64,000 nucleotides of DNA, taken from assembly GCA_020137815.1 (NCBI GenBank), contig CM035354.1, positions 2,418,001 to 2,482,000 of the forward strand. The letters are read 5' to 3'. The translations under genes and the position numbers were made by a program. The notes beneath the pieces were generated by a model, which saw only the letters and a list, made by a program, of their open reading frames with translations, was not told the origin of the DNA and did no database searches. Shown here in pieces: positions 1 to 11,983 of the stretch. Origin of the DNA: Hormiphora californensis (taxonomy: Eukaryota > Animalia > Ctenophora). Positions within the stretch are counted from its first letter, which is position 1. Each line of letters opens with the position of its first letter.

Positions 1-1087
1 GCTATAATGGAGGGTGGATGTATGAAGGATTATCGTCCGTTGTAGTTAAGTCAAGACATAGTTCCTGTAACAGTTGGAGGGTAAGGTATATGGGAAAGGG
101 AAGTGAACGGAGTGGATATAGTTTTCATGAATATATTAAATGGGTGGAAGCTGTGTGTGCTTGGCTGATCGTGGTAGAGCGATATGGCTGTCATTCCAGT
201 TAACACTGCATTACAGAACCACCAGGAGATTTTGGGCCGTGGTAACCATAACCTGGGTGGTAGGAAAGGTGGCGGGCGTGGAGATAGCAGCCAGGATGCG
301 ACGGATCTTATCATGGCTTCTATTTCCTTGTGAGTTGGGATGCAAGAACAGATATACGAGTACAGGACAGGGGAAAGACCTTATAATATAACATCGAGAT
401 GTATATTAATATATATATGCCTAAGGGGGGGGGGGGGAAGGGAGTAAGGTAGGGTAGGAGAGGATGGGAAGGTAGGGTGAATTGGGGTAGAACCAAAGAA
501 AATAACAAGATTGGAAAAAGAAGTGTAAAAGAAAAAAGTACAGTCGAGTCAGAAATAGAGTCACAAAAATACGAGTGCGCGGAAGTCAATGGTGTGAAGG
601 AACTTGAGAATGGGTCTGGCATCGATGATGAGAGTGAGTGGAGAGTGAGTGGAGGTGAGTTGTGAAAAGAGAGATCCGGCTGGCTCCTACTGAATTACAG
701 TAGTGAGAGTGAGTGAAATGAAGTAATGGACGGACTAAATCTAGTAATGGGGATGGTAGTCTGGAACTGGGATACAGAAGATAAGAAGAAAGTGGGATGG
801 TAGGGAGCCTAATAGGGTTAAGCGGTGGATACCAGAAGGGGTAGAGAAAGAGATAACAGACTGGGGCAAGATGGGGAGATGAAGAGAAGGAAGAGAGAGT
901 AAGAACTAAAACAGGAGAGAGAAAGAGATGAAAAAGGAGAAAGGGACGGAAATAGGCTGGAGCTGGAAGAGATGAAGAAGAGAAAGAGAGAAACTGCTAG
1001 AAGAAAGTGGCGGGAAAGAAAAATGCCGCCTAACGAGGAGAAAGGGGGAAAGAGAGGGAGATAGAGGGGGGGAAAGAAAAAGGGGGG

Positions 1088-1089
<2 letters not shown>

Positions 1090-1167
<78 letters not shown>
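1090..1167. repeat. (GA)n microsatellite
   Basis: Pure GA dinucleotide run of about 78 bp. Confidence 0.95.
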
Positions 1168-1171
<4 letters not shown>

Positions 1172-2189
1172 AAGGAGAGAGAAGAAAAGAGAGAAAAAAG
1201 AAAGAAGAAACTCTTCCCTATACGAGGTCAGACCAATTCTACATGTGAAGTCAATGTATATTATTTATATAGTATAGTTTATATTATTATATATATAGTG
1301 TAAGTATAAGGAGAAAAGGTTGTAAATGGTAATCTCCCACAGGTCGTGGGCCAGACTTTATAAAAGAGGATATGTGTTATATGTTAGTCCCTCACAAGTC
1401 GTGAGTCAGACTATATGAAAGAGGAAGGTAGGAAGTCCTATTGTAGAACTAAAAGCATTGTATGGTCCACATATCTGAGTCACGATGAAAGTAGGAAGTC
1501 TATTGTAGAACACCATTGATGTCAGACTATATCACAAGAGGAAGGTAGGAATCGTGAAATCAGACACATACCAATCAAAATTAGTAAAGCTGGGAATCAA
1601 TATATAGACGGATGTAATTTCCCTCAGTGGAATCACCGCTAAGAAAAGAGGCAACTCAGAGAAGTCTTCACAACTGTGAGTTCAACATACTCTACAAACG
1701 ATGAGACTACATTAACGAGAAGAAATAACAGCACCGTAAATACAGTTCAAACTTGATGAAAAGTAAACTTGGGACAGGAAAAATGTCTCAATCGTTAAAT
1801 TACATAATTTTAGGACAGGTGCAGTTCTGGAGCAGTTCAGATCCCCCAGATCTACTCAATCTTATACATTTGCCTTTCAGGGTCGCAACGGATATACAGG
1901 GGAACAGACACACATACGTCAATAAACGAGACAGCACGAGATTCATCTGAAATATCCTTGATAGTGTTGTAAGTAGTTTGGTTAGATTGAAGTATTCTGT
2001 AACCATGACAGGTTGGAGCAACTTAGAGGTCCCAGAAATGGGATTCCAAAACTAGGAGCAAATTTCACTCGTCAACCTACACAAAACTCGCACAACATGA
2101 ATACGAGTGCACGTGAGTCAACAATAACCAAATCAATATTCCCCAACATGACGTCATATTGAGGCATATAACACGATGTTTTCTCCAAG

Positions 2190-3016
2190 GTACACGTTCC
2201 GAGTGGAGTATTGGAACGATGGCGAGTACACGTGTGTGGGGGAGTACATTCCATTCTATCAGGATCCAGCTGCAACCGAAACTGCCTCGGTAACTCTGAC
2301 CTCCATTCGAATAGCCGAGATTGTAGCACTGAACCTGACATTTGAGGACACCAACACAGAACTGACTACATTCGATGCTTTCTGGTTGACTTGTGTCGTT
2401 GCATCCAAACCCCGCATACCAACTACACGTGAGTTTAATGAACAGTTTAGTGAACAGCTTCCTTGAACCTCTTTTGTAAATAGAAATGCCTTTACAAATT
2501 TGAAGCTGGATGATGTTAGATGTGTGGGGATTGATAGGATGATTGGCATAAATCTTGCTGTACCTTAACAACTTTGTTTCAGAGCTTAATTGGACCCATG
2601 ACCCGTATCTGGAAGATGTAGATCTAACAACATACTACACGACCAAGACGGCTGATTATATCGACGAGTATACCATTGTATCTGAATACTTCATGTACCA
2701 ACCTAACGACTCGTTCACGGGAACATTCTGGTGTAATGTTTTAGCTGATCAAGAAAGCATAGCCTTCCAAATCAAAGGTAAATGTAATGACACAATACCC
2801 TCATCAATCACAGTAATTCATGGTAACCATGCCATGGTAACCATGGTTATAACGATATACAATTCCCCAGATCTTGTGCCAATTATTGTTGGTGTTACGA
2901 TAGGGGGATTCCTTTCCCTCTGTATCATTATCACCATCGGATACTATGCCGTAAAACGCCGAAAGAGATACCTGGACAACGGACAAGCACAGAAAAATGA
3001 ACTCGAAATACGGTAG
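2190..3016 (+). CDS. Immunoglobulin-superfamily single-pass membrane protein (multi-exon; 5' and 3' ends uncertain)
   Basis: Exons ~2190-2428, 2583-2777 and 2871-3012 join in phase via GT..AG. The product has Ig-type motifs NDGEYTC, WLTC..LNW and FTGTFWC, then a hydrophobic segment IIVGVTIGGFLSLCIIITIGYYAV followed by KRRKR. Confidence 0.65.
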
Positions 3017-3439
3017 CTGTCGAATTTTGTATTTATGTTCCATTCCCGTAGGCCCTATTATGCCCTGGCTATTTCAAGTTCCAATCTAATGGAATGTGTA
3101 ACAGGTCATGTGACTTATAATTATTTTCAGGGTCAAAGAACTAAAAACCATGGTGGGAATCATGAAGGTCACCATGCAGAAGAAAATGACAGAGGAATCC
3201 AACATATAATGAGAACAATATATCACATTCACCACTGAAAGACTGTCAACTGTTTATATGTAATATGTATTGTGTGACCCAATTTGTTGATTTTTAGACT
3301 TCCTTAGAAACTAGTTTATTTCAGGTAGGAGGAGGGGAGACATCTTTAAACACCGACTTTATGATTCACAGAATAAGTTAGTAAACACAACATCACAACT
3401 GTCAAATATTCATGTGTAAAAGTGTCCCCGTATTGCCCC

Positions 3440-6400
3440 CTAACTGTCCTGCTCCTCTTCAACCCCCGTCTGGTAGGTATAATGTTGCGGCTTGGTAAAC
3501 CCAACAGCTGCAGGATAACCTACTCTCTTGTGGTGGTCAAATAGCTGCTCCTGGTCCTGATACACATTCGTCTCTACCTCTACCTCTCGTCCCATAGAAC
3601 TGGAGTGACCTGCACCCTGCAGAAGAAATAGTAATGAGATGAGTAATTAAGATTAATTAATAATAAGGGTGACTACCTGTTGGTGTGAATGGTGATGATG
3701 ATTGGCTGAATGCCAGAGTTTTGGTCTGATGTGATTCCGGTGTGATGATCTTCTTACCCTTTCCCGCTCCCTCAGTTCCTCCTCAGTGTCAGTGGACAAG
3801 CCCAGGAAATAACGATACGGCTCCATCTCAATAGAGAGATCTTTAATACAGCGTCTCTTTAGTAACCGTTTCTTAAGAATGGACTGTTTCCCGCTGGGTA
3901 GCAGGGGCGAGTCATCTGGTTCCAGGAAGTGTGAATTGAGGTGCTCCTGGACCTCCGTAGTAGTTGGGAAGAGAGCGTAGCATTTCTGGCACTCCATCAC
4001 GGACCTCCATCTGTGGTGGTCCATCAGATGCACAACTAACTGTAAAGGAAGTAGTAATCAGGGAGAATAATTACCAAGAGCTGATGATGCCGTGTTGTAC
4101 GGCGAAACTTCCCGTAATTATTGATCCTGAATTCTCAATTTGTCCATATATTATTACAACAGAATTATATAATCGTGAGACTCATGATAACCAAACAATT
4201 AGTTACCAAGAGGTTGTGGTACCTGCATTTTAGAGACCAGGATATCCTTGCATTCTTGAACAACACACTGAATCTCATCAGCACATCGGTATTTGGTGTA
4301 GGACAGTCGAGCTTTCTTCGTTCCCGGCCGGGATGCAGTAGCAGGCGGTGGACTCTGTGAATGAAATTTAGATTAGTACTCACAAAGTAGTACGAGACTT
4401 TACCAGGAATCCCTTGCAAATCAAAGGTGATTAGTACTCTAAAACTCTAACAATTTTAACTATAATTGTGGGGCACAGGAGGGGGGAGAATAATGAACAT
4501 CAAAACATACCCAGTCGAATTGTTCCTCCCTCACTTCGACATCTTTCCCGTCATCTGTATCATCAACATCTAACCGGGAAAATAAATAGATCACAATCTC
4601 TATTATAATTTGGAGATGAACGTCGAAGTCGAAGTCGTTCGTTAGGCGGTATCTAAGCGACAGACTGCTCCTTTATAAAATACTTTGTGTACACAAAGCT
4701 GTAAAGCTGTTGCTCACACTTTTGGAACTTCCAGTGGAAGTTTGTTAATATTTTCGAATGACTTTTAACTTGCCAGTCCTCATAGTTACCAATTCAGTTG
4801 CCATGGCAACCGTGTTATTGACATTGAGAGCGGCGAAAAAAAACTACCCGGCGAAGCCGGGTGGGTAATCAAAAAGCCCTTACTTGAGGCGCACCCAATG
4901 GGTGCGCTAGTGTGATATAACGCCCACTGCGCTTTTTTTAGACAAATATCACCCGCGCGGTAGCGGGCTGATATGACTGCATCCGAGATGATAAAACTCA
5001 TATCACACGCTCCAAAAGTGTAGTTTATTACACACAAGAGTTCATTCAAAAAAGGTGTGAAATCCTTTCTTATGTGTGTGTGTACTGTTGTGTACACATT
5101 GTTGCAAAAAGAAAGGGAGATTGGCACAACAAGGGGCGGCAGAATGGCGACAAGAGAGAGAGACAAGAGAGACATTGGTAATCCGTATCTCTCTCTATTT
5201 AATTAGCACCCAATAGTTCGCTTGTGTGTGTGTGAGTGTCTAGACATGTCTGAAGGGTTGACATGAGTTGTGTTGCCTGTCTCTCTCTGTGTAATTGTTT
5301 GTTGTTAAACTGTGAAACTTTGATGACGTTCAATAGTTTGTCAAATTGAGTTGAAAAACTTGAAAGGGGATTAGTGTTGTTCTCTCCTTGCTTGCAGTGG
5401 GCGTTATATGCTATATGAAGTATGAACGTTTGTAGACTGGCGCGTTATGAAGTTGGCTGTTCCCAGCGCGAGCTGGGGACAGCCAACTGGAGTTTAATCG
5501 CCCGGCAGGGCGATTAAACTGGTTTAAATCCCGACGCCGATCCCGAGGCGCCAGCCGAGGGTGAGGGGGAGGTGATTTAAACCTATAACGCGATAGGCTA
5601 ACAAACGTTCATATTTTATGAAACCCGATAGTAATTACACACAAATAAGAGACACAACACAAGGTGAAACACACTAGGACTGCTGGAAAATAGTCAACAG
5701 ACACCCTGAAAATGTGTGTAGACTTAGTGTCTACTGTTCCTAACATGTTTGAGAAAGAGAGAGAAAGATTAGGGGCAATACACACTGTCAGAGGTAGTGA
5801 ACAGTAAAAGAGACAATGAGAGAGAGAAATGAATGGAATGTGATTCTTTTCAATCCTTATGAGAGAGATAACATTGAAACGTGTTGCAGACATGTTTCCC
5901 CTTTCTTTTGTTGACAGAACTGTGTGTTTACACACATTTTCAATACTTAGAATTTTACACGCATGTTATTCAAATGAAGAGAAACGCGTGAAAAAGGACA
6001 CTGGTCTGATAAATCGCGAGCAGGGTGTTAAATCCCCCAGCTAGCAGTTATCATGAGCGCGCAAAATCTTCAAACGACTGATAAATCTGCTATCGGGTTT
6101 CATAACACCTTATGTGTATCAAATATATCGCCCTCACTACGTTCGGGGCGATATATTGCATATCGTCTCCTTGCTCCGCAAGGAGCCGATATGCGTGCAT
6201 ATCGCACCCCGCGCGGGGCGCGATATACAGATACACACCGGTGTTATAGCACATATAAATACACTATTTCAACGGGTGACAAGTCCCGGATTCGCTATAA
6301 AACTGTCGTGCATTCGTTAATATCAAGGGACATGGAATGTTAATGGGTAGCTCTAAACTCAGATCATTGCACTCACCCGGATGACTCTCAGTGATGTGTT

Positions 6401-9400
6401 TAACTAGTTGAACCTCAGACTCCACAACATTTCCACAGTGTTTACAGTAGATCACCTTGAAGGCCCGATTATTGTGAACTTTCTTAAAGTGCTGCTTCAG
6501 GTAGGAAACATCAAAAAATATCTTGTAACACTGCGGACACTTTATGTGATTTATCGTCTTACCTGGGGGAGGAAAAAAGGGGGTAACTTTTCGTAATATA
6601 CAGATCACTGTATACTTAGGTGGTTGGGACAAGTACAAAACTCAGGGAACCACAGCCTTATCGACCTCCAGATCACTCAATTTAGCTTCCTATGAAAAGC
6701 AACCTACCATGTGCGTCTAGGTAATGTAACAATTCCATACCCCCCATCTTGGATAGCAACCTACCGTGTGCGTCTAGGTAATGTCGCTTGAGGTGTTCCC
6801 AACCTAAACACAGTAGTTTGCACTCTGAACAGTAGTTAGCACCGTCTTGGCTACCAAGAGTTGATCTGTGCACCTAGTAGTAGGGGATACATTAGCAATA
6901 ACACTTAGTCTCGAGGCTCCCAGTCTCCCAGCTACTGAGTCTCGAGGCTCCCAGTCTCCCAGCCACTTAGTCTCACAGCTAACTACCTTACTGAAGTGTT
7001 TCTCTAGATCGAACTTGTGCTTGTACTTCTTGTCACATATCGTGCACATGTAATCCCGACCATTGAGGTGAACTGTCTTGATATGGCGCCTGAAATACAG
7101 CACATGGTTAGTGTTTAGCAGACCATTCCTTGTTTGAATACAGTGTGATTAGTGGTTAGTGGTTAGCAGAACATGTTCCTTGTTCGAATACAGCACATGG
7201 TTACTGGTTAGTGGTTAGCAGAACATTCCTTGTTTCTCTCATGCTCCACTAAGTTTGAGTTTCTCTCCACAGAGTTTGTACTAGTACCTGACACTGGAGA
7301 CATCCCGTAGTTTGGCTTGACAGTGGGTACACACAAGGCTCTCTGGGGTGTTGTGGACGGTAGAAGTGTGCTGGGCTAGTCTCTGTTTTGTGGAGCAGGT
7401 GAAATCACAAATGTAGCATGGACATTCACCTAATTCATTCCGCACTTTTATCATTCCTACACAAATGAAAACAGATGGTTTTACCAGACAATTGTTTCGA
7501 TCCAAATGGATCTCATCACAATATCATTATATTGACATGAACTGTATTGGGGGAAAACACGAGAAACAAACATCATTTAAAAGCTGCTGTATAAATTTTT
7601 CCATTTTACAAAACAATAAACCTGTAGCTCTAAATTTATAGAAAACATAAAAATAATGATTTTAGAAATTATTGTCCTCTTCTCTCATTCTCCCCTTTCT
7701 CTTTCCCCCGACCCTCTCAGAAGCCCAACTCACAAAACAGTCTCTTGGTGAGATTGAGTGGTAACGACGATTTTTCTGAAGGCCGATGCATCATTTGCCC
7801 GTTTCCCCTGAGCCAGTTGTGTCAGTTCAGCAATGTGTTTCAGTACGATGGTTTTGTCGTCTCTCAAAGAGTCCCCCTGGACAACTTGTTCAACTAACAG
7901 ATCACTCGTATCTGTACGGGTGGGGGGGGAGGGGGATTATAATGGAAGACGTTTCTCTAAGGGATTTGATGTGAGGGAGGGGGATTGATGAGGGATCATG
8001 TATATGGGGGGAAGATAACCATGTGGATCAAGTGGATATCCTACCGTTTAGCTGCTTGCGGAGGTACTGTAATCTGCTTTGTAATTGCAGTAAACTCAAC
8101 CTTCCCAGTTCATCCCTAGTCAGTCTCTCACCAGCACACTCATCAAGTTCTCTCTCGTCCCGTTCAATTTGGCATCTACAGAACAGTAAAATAATATAAA
8201 CTTTCAAGCCAGTATCCACACGTTTGAATATAATATTCAGGTTAAGAAAAGATGGAAGTAAAATTGAGTCTAACAATATTATAGAACAAGTAACATCTTG
8301 CCAGACTCCAATATTCTAAACCTGTTTGCTAGTTTCTCTCCAACTCCATCAGATAGCTCGCACCCATCACTAGATGGGGACCGAGGGGGACTGTAAGGGA
8401 GGGGCGGGGCTGTAAAATCCACATCACTTAACTGTCCATCTCCCTCTGTCTGTGCCAGTCTACATCCAACCTCCTTGTAAGAACTGGGAGAGAAACAGCT
8501 GGTTATAGGTTGGGTGCAGTGTTTACCCTCTCTTACCGGGAAGGGGGAAGGAGAGAAAGGAGATACCTCACAAGTCACACGGGATAGTCTGTGAGACAAC
8601 AGCACATTGGAGCTAGAGAGAGAGACAGGGGGATCTCCTACCCAACAGATGACTGTTTAAAAGAAGAACAGGAGATTATCATGGATGACTGGACAGTATC
8701 ATGGGCATTGTGTACTGCTTGGGTACAGTACCTGATTGCATTATCGATCTCTTGCTCTGAGTCCTGGAGAGTAGTGATAACCTCATCCAATGTCTGTATA
8801 ACCCCGCACCGAATCAGGGCATTATTGGAGGACAGCGGAGAGGGAAGGGAGTCCATCTCCCCACCAGCAATATCTCCACCATCACAACCAGTACAACAAC
8901 TGAAGAAGAAGAGATGATAAACTTTGTTGCCAAGTTAGACTGCCATGTTTGAACAAAACAAAAACTTTGTGTGCTGTCAAGGGAGAGGTAACATGATGTT
9001 ATTAACACCGTTACTAACACCGTTATTAACATGATGTTACTATGATAAACCCTGGTACTCCGATATTCTGTTCTGAACCTCTAAAGTGAATTAATAACAT
9101 TCGACTTACTGTTGGAGCTTCTTTTCCTTTAGTTTCTTCTTCTTCTTCTTCCTCTCGCGTCTCTCCTCCACTCTATCTAGTTGGGTGTCGCTCTCATTGC
9201 TGCTGCTAAATATGATTCTATAGCCTTGTTAGAACACAAGACACACACTTCCCCCGGGAAAGAATAACAATGAGCTGCACTTACAGGTCATAAACAATCT
9301 TGGGAGAATTGCTAGTTTTCACCCCCTCTTCCTCACTTCCCTCCTCTTCTGATTCACCCTCCTCCTCTTCCAAATCACCCTCCTCATCTAGCCCATCATC

Positions 9401-9529
9401 ATCATGTTGTTTATCCTCCTGGAGGGGGATGTCATCTAGTCCATCATCCTGAAGGGGGATGTCATCCATCACCTCCCCTTCCTCCTCCTCTACCTGGCAG
9501 GCGACCAGAGTTCCGTGATCTTCAACCAT
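3440..9529 (-). CDS. Multi-exon C2H2 zinc-finger protein with acidic N-terminus
   Basis: Acidic first exon at 9529. Several CxxC-x12-HxxxH/HxxxxH fingers at 7300-7430, 6780-7100, 6380-6560 and 3930-3990. The donor at 6378 (CCG G|gtgagt) is in phase with the acceptor at 4570-4571 (ttag|AT GTT GAT). The last exon ends with TAG at 3440-3442. Confidence 0.7.
4916..6255 (-). mobile_element. Split-inverted-repeat non-autonomous element, family 2 (host of the family-1 insertion)
   Basis: IR pair TATAACGCCCACTGC (4916) / GCAGTGGGCGTTATA (5394-5408). Second IR pair TAACACC (6103) / GGTGTTATA (6240-6248) encloses three hairpins. TA at both ends. Confidence 0.65.
5414..6104 (+). mobile_element. Split-inverted-repeat non-autonomous element, family 1 (about 690 bp), copy 1
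   Basis: TA|TGAA...TTCA|TA ends. IR A TATGAACGTTTGT/ACAAACGTTCATA surrounds a 190-bp multi-hairpin module. IR B TATGAAACCCGATAG/CTATCGGGTTTCATA surrounds about 490 bp. Two further copies lie at 38252 and 39006. Confidence 0.85.
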
Positions 9530-9734
9530 TTCGAATCATAGTGCAAGCTAAAGACTGTGTGTTGTTGGAATGTTTACACTCTTAGTAATTACACATGGTC
9601 ACGTGAAACGCATTGTTAGCTGGGAAATGTGGTAAAATGGGGTAAAAACAAACAGCAACAATACGACAGTTCAACTCAAATTGTTCATACAAGCTGTTCA
9701 TTCAGAGGTCCTGAACTGGGCAAAGTTAGGTAGT

Positions 9735-11814
9735 TCACTTTATCTCTAGAGAAGTCCCGGCACGTTTGTTAAACAACTTGACGGCCTCTGCAAGAAGCGG
9801 ATTGGGCGCCTGTTTCACGTTTTCTTCCACGACTATCTGTGAAACCTACAAAATTGGTAATAGTTAGTTTGGGTAAATCGAGATTCCGGTATTATATATC
9901 GAGGTTTGACTGTATAGCAAACACAATGAAACTGTATTGATGTTGGCAGGTGGTAATTACATGTTTCTCTCGGGTTGCAAGGCGGTGTCTCAGAAGATTG
10001 TCTGTAAAAGAGGATAGCGCTACGTGTGGGCTGAGTGTCTCTCTACAAATGTCATCCACACTTTTCTTCTCCAGCAGATACGCCCCTTGTGTTGAAATCT
10101 CTGAGGGAGAATTAATAATTAGTGCGGACACTTCTCGATGTTACATAATTCATGAAAGCCGGGACACTTCTGGATGTTATATATATGTTTTGCAACTCAG
10201 AAGAACAAACCTTTTCCACTGGCTGCAGCGAGGGATTTTATCTTATCAGTAAGTGCTCGTCCACCAAATGTGGCGCTGTATCCACAACTAGCCAAAACAC
10301 TAAGTGGATCTTTATCCATCTCACGCTGAAAAATAGAACCTGGTTACATTGATCGGTCACAGGTCGAGGTCACCATTGTGTAACTAATCAAGACACCAGG
10401 GACCTATTTGTATGAGACAAAGTGGTATCTCATTTGTTTACCTTTGGTTTAAGAACCTTTAGCACACTAAAATCAATGTGATCAACATTAGCACTGTACC
10501 GCTTACTCCTCATTTCCCTCTCAATCTCCTGGCGATGATTTCTAAATTTAGAGCTGGTAGCAGCAGGTGTATTGTTAGTGTGGGTCTATAAATATAACCG
10601 TACCAACTACCAAACAACAGTCAATTAGAAAAGACAATCCGCAGACACGGACACAATAAATATCGCATGAAACCCCATCTGAAGAGTACATTATTGCCTA
10701 CCACATGTACTGAGAAAGAAATGAGAGGGAGAGAGATGGAGAGAGAGAGAGGGAGAGAGAGAAAGTAGGAGGCGTGTTGTGCACAAATTACACAGTGTAT
10801 AACACATAAAGGGGAGAGATTTCTCACCTTGTATATTTCTACTACACCCGCATCTTCCTCTAACATGGCTAGTTCCTCATCAGATATGGGATCATAATCC
10901 TCATCTTCATCCTTCCAATCTCCCTTCCGACCCCTACCCCGGGGGTTACTCTGTCTCCGGCTGTAATTGTATCATAGAGTTAGGGGCGGATAGTTTAACT
11001 AAGGGTCAAATCACATCACACAGACACGGAGATACTATTACACGGATAAAATCTGATGATAAGTTACTAACCGAGAATCATCTGTGTCTCTTCCCCTTCG
11101 TGGAGCAGGTTCTGGTTCACGACGGTTGTAGAGGATCTTTTCTATAACGAGACTCCTGATCTTCTCTCACTCTATCATCTCTAGACCTGTCCTTATCATC
11201 TCGCACATCTCTTGATCTCTCTTGGTCTCTAGGTAGTTCTGTCTCTGTCCTCACGGGGACGGTCTCTTGATCGATCTCTATCATCTCTTGTTCGGTCATC
11301 CCGAGACCTGTCTTCTCTAGGGGGTCTCTCCTCTCTGGCCCTATCTCGCTCATCTCTTGATCTGTCGTCTCGGGAACGCTCTTCTCTGGGTCTGTCTTCT
11401 CTAGTGGAGTCCCTCACTCTCTCCTCACGTCCCCTATCTTCCCGAGAACGGTCCTGCTCTCTCCTCTTTCTGAAGTCCTCGTCCTCTGTTCGATCATGAC
11501 GGGTTCTACTGGTTCGGCTCTTCCGATTAGAGCTAGATGAACCTTTCAGGAATCTGCTAGGTACAAAGCCAACATCTTTCTCTCTTCTTTCCTCGCCTCC
11601 TATACAGAGAATAGCACAGAGTTAGACTTTCGAATATACGTCATCTGTGGAATTGCTGAGGTAGTTTATAAAGAGGGTGTGAGTTACCTGACTCTGATTC
11701 TGCGGATGCCTCGCTGCTTGACGATCGCTTCCGTTTTCTTCCCTTGCTGTTTTTACCCGACGAGGAGTACTTCTTATGCACAATAATGGACTTTAAATCT
11801 TCTTCAGTCGGCAT
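9735..11814 (-). CDS. Arg/Asp/Glu-dipeptide-rich (SR-like) nuclear protein, about 7 exons
   Basis: ATG at 11814 (MPTEEDLKSIIVHKK..KRKRSSSS), an RD/RE-rich exon at 11070-11600, further exons with GT-AG borders, and stop TGA at 9735-9737. Confidence 0.6.
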
Positions 11815-11983
11815 ACTGTTGTGTGGTGAATAAGGTTAAATTAATGGTAAGACATTATTTGTAGAATTCTGAAGAAGAGAACAAAGTACAACGGTATTTA
11901 CGGCTAGCTATCATTGAAACAAATATTTACAAGTTCATAAAAACAACACAACACAATTTCAGTCTCTCAAGCAGACTGGATCA

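Noticed and set aside
1-1050. Purine-rich segment with several short ORFs and a stop-interrupted minus-strand frame
   Set aside because: No recognisable domain or splice structure. It may be a decayed element but cannot be supported.
5421-5612. Cloverleaf-like fold as a tRNA or known ncRNA
   Set aside because: Too long, lacks T-loop/D-loop consensus and A/B boxes, and is always embedded in a dispersed repeat.
6264-6378. Apparent C-terminus and stop of ORF 6264..6638 as the gene end
   Set aside because: A strong GTGAGT donor at 6378 splices in phase to the exon at 4569, so this part is probably intronic.
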